From Candidatus Falkowbacteria bacterium CG02_land_8_20_14_3_00_36_14 (GTDB lineage Bacteria > Patescibacteriota > Patescibacteriia > Patescibacteriales > UM-FILTER-36-11), in assembly GCA_002781265.1 (NCBI GenBank), contig PETS01000021.1, positions 1 to 38,624 on the forward strand: DNA of 38,624 nucleotides. The letters run 5' to 3'. The position numbers and the translations under genes were made by a program. Numbering within the stretch: position 1 is the stretch's first letter; every line of letters starts with the position of its first letter. Below, in pieces: positions 25,071 through 32,962 of the stretch. The notes beneath the pieces were generated by a model, which was not told the origin of the DNA, did not search any database, and saw only the letters and a list, made by a program, of their open reading frames with translations.

Positions 25071-27308
25071 ATGCCGAAAAAAATTTATTTAACAATCTTA
25101 AAATCAGGAATTTATCTTTCTTTTTTATCGGTTTTTTTAGTGTCCGGCAAGCTATTTTTCCCCTACATAACGACCAAGCAGATTTTTTTTAATATTTTAA
25201 CTGAAATATTATTTTTCTTTTGGCTGGTTTTCATAATCCAATATCCATCTTACCGACCGTTCATCTTTGTTAAAGGAGGTCTAAAAAAATCCCTGATTCC
25301 CTTAGGGCTGGTAAGTTTTTTTATTATAATTACCTTAAGCAGTATTTTGGGGGTGGATTTTAATTTAAGTTTTTGGGGCGATGCGGAGAGAATGCTCGGT
25401 GTTTTTCATGTCCTTCATTTTTTAGCTTTTTATTTTATAATAATTACCGTTATGCTAAGCTGGAAGGACTGGTACGCGTTAATGCTCGTTTCCGTAGCCG
25501 CGGCCGCGTTTGTCAGCATCCATGCATTAACGGTAATAGCGTATAGCACGGTGGGTAACGCCGCTTATGTCGGCGGTTATCTGATTTTTAATATATATTT
25601 TAGCTTGATTTTGTTTTTTCGGACCGATAAGAAAATTTTTTGGCGCTGGCTCTATCCGGCGGCGATTATCCTTATGCTGTTTGCTTTGAAGAATACCGGC
25701 GTGGCCGGAGCTTACGTCGGACTGGGTTCCAGCGCAATATTGGCTTTATTTTTATTCGGATTATTGAGTCGGGATAAAAAGGTAAAAATTTATATTTTAT
25801 CCGCCGCTGTTTTATCCATAGTTTTAATAACCGGAATTTTTTTATATAGGAATAATTCTACGGTGAGAAGCGTTAAATTTTTAGATGACGTATTATCGGA
25901 GATTTCCGTGGGAAAAAATACTTTCCAAACCCGGTTAATTTCATGGAAAACCGCCTGGAAGGATTTTCCGGCGCACCCTTTGCTCGGAACCGGCTATGGA
26001 AATTTCGCCATTACCTTTGACAAATATTTTGACCCGAGCTTTTATAACTATACTCGTTCAGAAACTTATTTTGACCGGGCGCATAACAATCTGATTGACA
26101 TTGCTTCCACGTCCGGGGCATTGGGGCTATTGGCTTATTTATCTATTTTTGCCGCCGCCGGTTATTATTTAGTAATCGGATATAGAAAAGATAAAATAAA
26201 ATTACATGATTTTGTTTTATTAATTTCATTAATTATCGCTTATTTTGTGCAAAATTTAGCCGTTTTTGATTCCTTGGTTACTTATATTCCTCTAATGGCG
26301 ATGCTCGGCTATATTTATTGGCTTGCCAGAAATGATCAAGAGATAGATTATATAAAAGATGACTCTTTTAATAATAAGGAAATTTTTGCCGGTTTTTTAA
26401 TTGGATTGTCAGTACTGATAATATTGTTTAAATATAATATCGGGCCTCTGCGGACGTTTATTGGCACGATTAAAGGGCAAATCGCTTTCGCGCAGGGCGA
26501 TATCGCTGGGGGAGTGGAAATATATAAAGGCGCTTTAAGCCGCCATACGGTCCTTGACCGCGACAGCCGCGACAGCTTGGTCCGTTCCATGACTTCGGTC
26601 CTGCTTAATGAGAGCGTAAGCCAAAGTCAATTGGAAGACGTCTTGGCCTTTGTTGAAAAAATGGCGGAAGAGAATATTAAATATAATCCGAAAGACAGCT
26701 TAACCCAGACGGAACTGGCCCAGTTTTTTATTTCCGCCGCGCAAGCCAGTAAAGATGATAACGAAAAATTTTTTTCATACCTTAATCAAGCGATGGAGGC
26801 GGCAAATAAAGCGATAGATTCAAGCCCGGGGAGGATACCTCTTTATTATGTCAAGGCGCAGATTTATAAAATGCGCGGCGACAGCGATAATGCGATTGTG
26901 ACATTGGAATATGCCGCTGGCCTTAATGAAAAATATTATGATAGTTTTTGCAATTTAGCCAAATATTACTTTATGGCGCGAAATGAAGAAAAAGGATTTT
27001 CTGCTATGGATAAATGCATTGATTTGGGCGGCGCGGAATTATTAACGCCGGTTGATTACGTTATAAGTTTAATAAATTTTTATATAGACAAGCAGAATGA
27101 TTGGCCGAGAGTAGTGAAATTATATGAAAGGTTGGTGAAGATGCAGCCGGACCAAGCGGTTAATTGGGTAAAATTAGCGGCGTCTTATGAACGAATTGGC
27201 GAATATGGGGAAGCAATTGAAGCGGCCAGAAAATCCGTTGAACTGGACCCGACCTTAAAAGATGAAGTGGAACAGTTTATTAATGCTTTAGGAAAAATAA
27301 GTTTATAA
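25071..27308 (+). CDS. O-antigen-ligase-like (Wzy_C) polytopic membrane protein with C-terminal TPR domain, paralog 1
   Basis: 745 aa with about 10 or more TM helices, GTGYGNFAITFDKYF, and FDRAHNNLIDIASTSGALGL (Wzy_C-like). The C-terminal ~300 aa is soluble with TPR-like repeats. Confidence 0.88.
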   Translation: MPKKIYLTILKSGIYLSFLSVFLVSGKLFFPYITTKQIFFNILTEILFFFWLVFIIQYPSYRPFIFVKGGLKKSLIPLGLVSFFIIITLSSILGVDFNLSFWGDAERMLGVFHVLHFLAFYFIIITVMLSWKDWYALMLVSVAAAAFVSIHALTVIAYSTVGNAAYVGGYLIFNIYFSLILFFRTDKKIFWRWLYPAAIILMLFALKNTGVAGAYVGLGSSAILALFLFGLLSRDKKVKIYILSAAVLSIVLITGIFLYRNNSTVRSVKFLDDVLSEISVGKNTFQTRLISWKTAWKDFPAHPLLGTGYGNFAITFDKYFDPSFYNYTRSETYFDRAHNNLIDIASTSGALGLLAYLSIFAAAGYYLVIGYRKDKIKLHDFVLLISLIIAYFVQNLAVFDSLVTYIPLMAMLGYIYWLARNDQEIDYIKDDSFNNKEIFAGFLIGLSVLIILFKYNIGPLRTFIGTIKGQIAFAQGDIAGGVEIYKGALSRHTVLDRDSRDSLVRSMTSVLLNESVSQSQLEDVLAFVEKMAEENIKYNPKDSLTQTELAQFFISAAQASKDDNEKFFSYLNQAMEAANKAIDSSPGRIPLYYVKAQIYKMRGDSDNAIVTLEYAAGLNEKYYDSFCNLAKYYFMARNEEKGFSAMDKCIDLGGAELLTPVDYVISLINFYIDKQNDWPRVVKLYERLVKMQPDQAVNWVKLAASYERIGEYGEAIEAARKSVELDPTLKDEVEQFINALGKISL

Positions 27309-27310
27309 TT

Positions 27311-29545
27311 ATGTCGAAAAAAACATACCAATTAATTTTGCAAATTGGAATTTATATTTCTTTTTTATCGGTTTTTTTAGTTTTCAAAAATCTGCTTTTC
27401 CCTTATATTACGTCCAAGCAGATTACTTTTAATATTATCACAGAATTGTTGTTTATTATTTGGGTGGCTTATGTGGTCAAATATCCTTCGGCCCGGCCCC
27501 GGTGGTCGTATATTTCTTTTGGATTAATAGTTTTTTTTCTGGCAGTGCTGGTATCGTGCTTTACGGGTGTTGATTTTAATTTAAGCTTCTGGGGAGACGT
27601 GGAAAGGATGCTTGGATTTTTCCATATTTTTCATTTTTTGCTATTTTATTTTATTATCATTACCGTATTTCGGAAGTGGCCGGACTGGCGAAATTTATTT
27701 ATTGTTTCGGTTTCAGCCGCCGCCTTGATAAGTCTTTACGCGCTGATAAATAATGTGAGCATGAGCACTATCGGCAATACCGCTTATGTGAGCGGTTATC
27801 TGATTTTTAACATCTATTTTTCCTTTATATTGTTTTTTCGGGGAAAAAACTGGCTGATAAAATCTATCTATCCGGTGTTGGCCTTAATAATGCTTCTGGC
27901 TTTTAGAAAAGCCGACACCTCCGGCGCTTATGTCGGTCTGGCTGCCAGCATTCTAGTCTTACTGTCCTTATACTTGATTCTGCATAAAAATAAAAAAATC
28001 AGAATTTACAGCTCGGCTTTTTTATTGATTTTAGTTTTTTCAGTTTCATTTATTTTTTTAAATAAAGAAAGCGCCTTGGTGCAGGGCAATAATTTTTTGA
28101 AAAATACTACCAGGGAAATTTCCTTAAACAAAAATACTTTCCAGACCCGCCTTATTTCCTGGCGCGCCGCATTAAAAGATTTTAAAAATCATCCTATTTT
28201 AGGCACGGGTCATGGAAATTATGCCATTACCTTTGATAAATATTTTGAGCCGAAATTTTATACCTTTACCAGTTCAGAAACCTATTTTGATAGAGCGCAT
28301 AATAATATTATAGATATTGCTTCCACCACCGGCGCTGTCGGCCTTTTAACTTATCTGTCAATTTTTATGGCCGTTGGCTATTATTTAATTTTGGGGTATA
28401 GGCAAGATAAAATAAATATTAATGAATTCGTATTAATTTCTGCTTTAATAACCGCTTATTTTATCCAAAATTTAGCGGTTTTTGATTCCTTGGTTACTTA
28501 TTTGTCTTTGATGGTAGTGTTGGGATTTGTTTATTGGCTAACCAATAAAAATGAAATAGAAGAAATAGAAGAGGAGCATGACCAGCCATTAAACAACCAG
28601 GAGATTTATACTTTTGCTGTTGTCGGATTAATAGTGTTATCCATACTTTACCAATATAATATAAAGCCGTTAAAAATGCTTATCGGCACGATTAAGGCGC
28701 AAATAGTTTTAGCCCAGCCAGGAGGGGATATTATTAGTGTCGTAGATATCCATAAAAAGGCCTTAAGCTATAATACGGTTTTGGACCGCGACAGCCGGAC
28801 TGTTTTAATCCGTTTAATTTCAGGAAATATTAATTCATTAAAAAATATTGGCAGCCAACCAGCCAAAGAAATATTAGATTACGCCATTTCTCTGGCCAGC
28901 GCCAATGTTGATTATAACAAAGAAGACAGCTTAAACCAGCTGATGCTGGCCCAAGCTTATGATACGGCCGCCAGATTCAGCGCGGACGGCAATCAGGATA
29001 CATTTTATCATTATGCCGATCGGGCTTTGGAGGCGGTTAACGAATCAATCGCCGCCAGTCCGGGCAGAGTGACAGTTTATTTTTCCAAAGCGCAGATATT
29101 TATGACCAGGGGAGAAGCGGATAAGGCCATTGATACCTTAAAATACGCGGTAAGCTTGAATGAGGACTATGTTGACAGCCATTGTAATTTAAGCAGATTT
29201 CTTCTTTCCCTGGGACGGGAAGAAGAGGGTTTTCAAGCAATGGATAAATGCATTGATAAAGGCGGAACCGGCAATTTATATCCGGCGCAATATGTAAAAT
29301 TATTAATCAACCATTATGCTGAATTAGAAAGTAAAGCCAATATTGCGAGAGTAATAAAACTTTATGAGCTATTAGCTAATAATTTAGAGCCGAATGATGC
29401 GAAAATATGGGTTAATTTGGCCAGTTTATACGCCCGGGAAGGAAATAAAGATAAAGCCATAGACGCGGCCCGAAAAGCCATTGAATATGATCCGAGCATA
29501 AAAGACGCGGCCGAGGATTTTATAAAAAAATTAGAAGAGTTATAA
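27311..29545 (+). CDS. O-antigen-ligase-like (Wzy_C)-TPR protein, paralog 2
   Basis: 744 aa, collinear with paralog 1 (roughly 55-60% identical by eye over the N-terminus). It starts 2 nt after paralog 1 ends. Confidence 0.88.
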   Translation: MSKKTYQLILQIGIYISFLSVFLVFKNLLFPYITSKQITFNIITELLFIIWVAYVVKYPSARPRWSYISFGLIVFFLAVLVSCFTGVDFNLSFWGDVERMLGFFHIFHFLLFYFIIITVFRKWPDWRNLFIVSVSAAALISLYALINNVSMSTIGNTAYVSGYLIFNIYFSFILFFRGKNWLIKSIYPVLALIMLLAFRKADTSGAYVGLAASILVLLSLYLILHKNKKIRIYSSAFLLILVFSVSFIFLNKESALVQGNNFLKNTTREISLNKNTFQTRLISWRAALKDFKNHPILGTGHGNYAITFDKYFEPKFYTFTSSETYFDRAHNNIIDIASTTGAVGLLTYLSIFMAVGYYLILGYRQDKININEFVLISALITAYFIQNLAVFDSLVTYLSLMVVLGFVYWLTNKNEIEEIEEEHDQPLNNQEIYTFAVVGLIVLSILYQYNIKPLKMLIGTIKAQIVLAQPGGDIISVVDIHKKALSYNTVLDRDSRTVLIRLISGNINSLKNIGSQPAKEILDYAISLASANVDYNKEDSLNQLMLAQAYDTAARFSADGNQDTFYHYADRALEAVNESIAASPGRVTVYFSKAQIFMTRGEADKAIDTLKYAVSLNEDYVDSHCNLSRFLLSLGREEEGFQAMDKCIDKGGTGNLYPAQYVKLLINHYAELESKANIARVIKLYELLANNLEPNDAKIWVNLASLYAREGNKDKAIDAARKAIEYDPSIKDAAEDFIKKLEEL

Positions 29546-29569
29546 AATTTTTTTATTATCTTTATATCA

Positions 29570-29737
29570 TCGTCATCCTGAGGGGAGTGAAACGATCAAA
29601 GCCTGACTGCTCGCCTCGCTAAAGCTATGGCGAAGCGGGCCGGCAGGCAGGGATCCCGTGGTTTTATGCAATGTTCAATGAATTATTCTATCCCCGGGAT
29701 TCTTCCCCTTCGGCGCGGCTCAGGGTCAGAATGACGA
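29570..29737. repeat. GC-rich palindromic (REP/MITE-like) module in convergent spacer
   Basis: Terminal inverted arms TCGTCAT+CCTGAG (29570-29582) pair with CTCAGG...ATGACGA (29719-29737). Nested GGGGA/TCCCC and CGCCTCGC/GCGAAGCG pairings lie inside, together with a GCCGGCAGGCAGG core. Confidence 0.5.
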
Positions 29738-29749
29738 AGGGGTTAAAAT

Positions 29750-30883
29750 TTATTTGTTATAAATTTTCAGATATTTTTTAAAAGTTTCTTCCAGGAGAAA
29801 CTTTTTTGATTGATTAAGATTCTTTTCGCCCAAAGAAAGAGATAAATTTTTATCCGTGGCTAATTTTTTAAATTTGGTTAAAAATTCTTTTTTATTATTA
29901 AATTCATAAAGCTGATTCGGTGAATTGTCTAAAATTTCCGCGTTGCCGCCGACAGAGGAAGCCAGTATGGGCGTGCCGGCGAATAAGGATTCAATCAAAG
30001 TTATAGACAGGCCTTCATATCTTGAAGGCAGAACGAATAAATCAAAGCCCTTTAGATATTGGCAGGCGTTGTTGATTTCTCCCAATAAAAATATTTTATC
30101 GGCCAATTTAAGATTGTTTATCATATTTTCAAATTTTTTTCTTTTTTCCCCCGCGCCGATAATCAGCAAAGCCGCCTCGGGTTTTATCTTTAATATTTCC
30201 GGAAAAATATCAATTATAAATTCATAATTTTTGGCCATTACCAGCCGGCCGATAGAGCCGATAAGATATTTATTTTGTATATTTATTTTAAATTTTTTTT
30301 CAAAATAATTTTTAGCATGGCCGGCGGAAAGAAAATTAAGATTTCGGGGTTCAAGGCCGTTAAAAATTATTTTTCCCCCTTTAACAAGTTTAATTTTTTG
30401 TGCTTGGGCTAAATTTTTTCGGCTGATGAAAATCGGTTTGTCAACATAAAGAAGAAGAATTTTAAAAAATAATAGATAAATTATTTTTATTATTTTAGGC
30501 GCCTGGTAATTTTCATCCAAAACGGATAAGCCGTGGAAAGTAAAAATCGTGGTTATATTTTTATTTGCCAGTTTGGCGCCGATTGCCCCCAAGAGGGCAT
30601 TGGCGCTGTTAAAATGGACCGCGCTAAAATTATTATTTTTAAGATAATTTTTTAATTCAAAAATAAAAAATAGATTAGCTAAAGGATTATGGGTTCTTTT
30701 CAGCCATTTGAAATTAAAATATGGAATTGCCGCCGATTTTAATTCATTTTTAAGATAATCTCCGCAGCCATATCCGACAAGGGCTTCTATTTTACATTCT
30801 TTTAATTTTTTTGCTAAATTAAGCACAAAATTTTGCGCTCCGCCGATTTCTCCCTTGGTTATTACTATAAGAATTTTTGGCAT
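29750..30883 (-). CDS. GT4-family glycosyltransferase
   Basis: 377 aa with the EX7E region YEGLSITLIESLFAGTPILASSVGGNAEIL. Confidence 0.9.
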   Translation of the reverse strand: MPKILIVITKGEIGGAQNFVLNLAKKLKECKIEALVGYGCGDYLKNELKSAAIPYFNFKWLKRTHNPLANLFFIFELKNYLKNNNFSAVHFNSANALLGAIGAKLANKNITTIFTFHGLSVLDENYQAPKIIKIIYLLFFKILLLYVDKPIFISRKNLAQAQKIKLVKGGKIIFNGLEPRNLNFLSAGHAKNYFEKKFKINIQNKYLIGSIGRLVMAKNYEFIIDIFPEILKIKPEAALLIIGAGEKRKKFENMINNLKLADKIFLLGEINNACQYLKGFDLFVLPSRYEGLSITLIESLFAGTPILASSVGGNAEILDNSPNQLYEFNNKKEFLTKFKKLATDKNLSLSLGEKNLNQSKKFLLEETFKKYLKIYNK

Positions 30884-30966
30884 AAAAAATTTATAAATTA
30901 TAAGTTGACTTTTACTGTATTTTATTTAATAATAACTTATATAAGCATTAAATTCAAGGTGCAGAC

Positions 30967-30991
30967 AAAACTAAGTAATACTTAGTTTTTT
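30967..30991 (+). terminator. terminator-like hairpin in the leader of the UGDH-like gene
   Basis: AAAACTAAGT-AAT-ACTTAGTTTT plus extra Ts, with no upstream plus-strand gene to terminate. It could be an attenuator element. Confidence 0.3.
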
Positions 30992-31004
30992 ACTATTAAA
31001 TCAA

Positions 31005-31103
31005 GGGTATTCCTTGCAAGGAAGAGTTTGAGAAACCATTGGTTTTTCAAAATAATTAACTGCCTTGAGGATACCTCGCAGTTCTGTTGCGGGGTAATTC
31101 ATT
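31005..31103 (+). repeat. 99-bp repeat, copy A (directly upstream of UGDH-like gene)
   Basis: 95/99 identical to 32798-32896. It contains hairpins TTCCT-TGCA-AGGAA, GAGAAACC-ATT-GGTTTTTC and ACTGC...GAGG-ATA-CCTC-GCAGT. Confidence 0.85.
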
Positions 31104-31112
31104 AAAATAAAA

Positions 31113-32054
31113 ATGATAAAAAAAAATAAAAAAATTGGTTTTATCGGCCAAGGCTGGATCGGCAAGAATTACGCGGATGATTTTGAAACCAGGGGATATA
31201 GCGTGGTTCGCTATGGATTGGAAGAGCCGCATATAAATAATGGAGATAAAATTAAGGAATGCGATATAGTGTTTATTGCGGTTCCCACTCCAACAACCAC
31301 AAAAGGTTTTGATGATAGTATTTTGAGAAGCGCTATAAAAAAAGTAGGAATTAAAAAAACAGCTGTAATTAAGTCAACAATTTTACCCGGAACAACTGAA
31401 AAAATTCAAGAAGAAAATCCTGATATTTATGTACTGCATTCTCCGGAATTTTTAACCGAAGCTACCGCCGCTTATGATGCGGCTCATCCGAATAGAAATA
31501 TTATCGGCGTTCCCATAGATAATGAAGAATATAGAATAAAGGCAGAAGAAGTTTTAAGCGTTCTTCCTCAAGCAAAATATGCAAAAATTTGCAAATCAGA
31601 GGAAGCGGAGCTGATAAAATACGCCGGCAATAATTGGTTTTATTTCAAAGTGATATATATTAATATGCTTTATGATTTGTCTCAGAAAATGGGATGCCGG
31701 TGGGAAGTGATACGGGATGCTATGGCCGGAGATCCGCGCATCGGTTCCAGCCATATGAATCCGGTCCATGAATCCGGTAAAAGCGGAGGCGAAGCCGGAC
31801 GGAAGCTGCCTTTTTACGAGTTTCATTTAGAGCCGGTCCACAAAACCGGCCGAGGCGCCGGCGGCCATTGTTTTATAAAGGATTTCGCCGCTTTCCATAA
31901 ATTATACGAAGAAATGGTGGGCGACGAGAGAGGAATAAAATTATTAGATTCTATGCGCGATAAAAATATTGATTTATTGGTAAATTCCGGAAAAGATTTG
32001 GATTTATTAAAAGGGGTGTATGGCGAGGAAGTTTTTTCTTCTACCGAGCTTTAG
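31113..32054 (+). CDS. UDP-glucose/GDP-mannose dehydrogenase family protein (short form, 313 aa)
   Basis: NAD-binding GFIGQGWIG, VPTP, and the catalytic-Cys motif GGHCFIKD. It lacks the usual C-terminal UDP-sugar-binding domain. Confidence 0.8.
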   Translation: MIKKNKKIGFIGQGWIGKNYADDFETRGYSVVRYGLEEPHINNGDKIKECDIVFIAVPTPTTTKGFDDSILRSAIKKVGIKKTAVIKSTILPGTTEKIQEENPDIYVLHSPEFLTEATAAYDAAHPNRNIIGVPIDNEEYRIKAEEVLSVLPQAKYAKICKSEEAELIKYAGNNWFYFKVIYINMLYDLSQKMGCRWEVIRDAMAGDPRIGSSHMNPVHESGKSGGEAGRKLPFYEFHLEPVHKTGRGAGGHCFIKDFAAFHKLYEEMVGDERGIKLLDSMRDKNIDLLVNSGKDLDLLKGVYGEEVFSSTEL

Positions 32055-32058
32055 CTCA
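32040..32058. repeat. 19-bp inverted repeat, left arm (TCTACCGAGCTTTAGCTCA)
   Basis: Exact reverse complement of 32937-32955. It covers the last 4 sense codons and the TAG stop of the UGDH-like gene. Confidence 0.85.
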
Positions 32059-32064
32059 TGGTTT

Positions 32065-32195
32065 CAGACTGTCCGAAAACTATTTTTTTTGTCATTCCCG
32101 ACTCGATCGGGAATCCAGAAAGGTTTAATATCAGACAAATTATGGATTTCCGCTTTCACAGGAATGACAGTAAAGTGTAGTTTTCGGACAGTCTG
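32065..32195. repeat. 131-nt long hairpin / MITE-like palindromic element
   Basis: The outer 17-bp perfect arms are CAGACTGTCCGAAAACT and AGTTTTCGGACAGTCTG. The inner arms are TGTCATTCC and GGAATGACA, with an internal ATTCCCGA-CTCGA-TCGGGAAT hairpin. Confidence 0.8.
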
Positions 32196-32205
32196 GAATA
32201 TATAT

Positions 32206-32691
32206 ATGCAAAAGCATTATAAGCATCTAAAAGAAGATAGTCCTTATTGGCCGGATAATTCAATCTATTTTTTAATAGATTCTACCTTTATTCATTTCCC
32301 TTATTTCCGGATAGATGAGCAAAAAACAATAGTATTAAATCAAATAAAAAAAATAAAAACGCAGTTAGGAATTCCCATATCCGATTATTGCATATTAACA
32401 AACCATTATCATATAAAATTTTATTTAAAAAATGGTTTGGATTTAAAAAGAGTGAAATAATTATTGCGCGGAGGTATTTCTTTTGAATACAGGAAAAGAT
32501 TTAAATTGCCATATAAAGAAATATGGCAGACTAGAAAAATAATAAGGATTACTTCTGAAAGAATGAATTTTAAAGTTTCAGGATACATTATTGGAAATTT
32601 ATTAAAACATAAGGAAGTAAGTACTTTAAAAGAGTTGAAAGAAAGTGAATTTTCCGATTATTGGTATATGGCTGATAAATATGGGAGATGA
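32206..32691 (+). pseudogene. REP-associated tyrosine transposase (RAYT / IS200-like Y1 transposase) with in-frame TAA
   Basis: HUH motif LTNHYHIKF and the catalytic-Tyr region SGYIIGNLLKH. ORFs 32206-32457 and 32461-32691 share one frame and are separated only by TAA at 32458-32460. Confidence 0.75.
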
Positions 32692-32780
32692 TATTGCCCA
32701 AGAGCTAGTGTATAATGTGATAGATGTTGGTGAAGATATTTGGGGAGCGGTTGATTTAAGACAATTAAATCAAAGTATTT

Positions 32781-32896
32781 CTCGTAGCTCTGCTCCGGGG
32801 TATTCCTTGCAAGGAAGAGTTTGAGAAACCATTGGTTTTTCAAAATAATTAACTACCTTGAGGATACCTCGTAGCTCTGTTGCGGGGTAATCCATT
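32781..32896 (+). repeat. 99-bp repeat copy B (32798-32896), preceded by a 22-nt partial copy of its own 3' end
   Basis: CTCGTAGCTCTG[C/T]T[C/G]CGGGGTA occurs at 32781-32802 and 32868-32889, an 87-nt period. Confidence 0.85.
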
Positions 32897-32936
32897 GAGA
32901 TAAATTATATGCCGGCAGGTTAAAACCTGCTAACCC

Positions 32937-32955
32937 TGAGCTAAAGCTCGGTAGA
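32937..32955. repeat. 19-bp inverted repeat, right arm (TGAGCTAAAGCTCGGTAGA)
   Basis: Reverse complement of 32040-32058, ending 7 nt before the epimerase ATG. It is preceded by the palindrome GCAGGTTAAAACCTGC. Confidence 0.85.
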
Positions 32956-32962
32956 TAAATAT

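Noticed and set aside
32020-32205. N-terminal extension of the track ORF 32020-32460 (MARKFFLLPSFSSWFQTVRKLFFLSFPTRSGIQKG...).
   Set aside because: This part is a read-through translation of the 3' end of the UGDH-like gene, IR-L and the 131-nt palindromic element. The RAYT-like homology only begins at Met 32206.
32658-32843. Minus-strand 61-aa ORF between the RAYT gene and repeat copy B.
   Set aside because: It runs through the 99-bp repeat and the 3' end of the RAYT gene, so it is most likely a translation artefact of repeat DNA.
24835-32896. Tandem or direct repeats (3 x 21 nt at 24835-24897; 99-bp copies at 31005 and 32798) as CRISPR arrays.
   Set aside because: The 21-nt units are contiguous without spacers and lie in frame in a CDS. 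The 99-bp copies are 1.8 kb apart, too long for CRISPR repeats, and flank genes. No cas genes are present.
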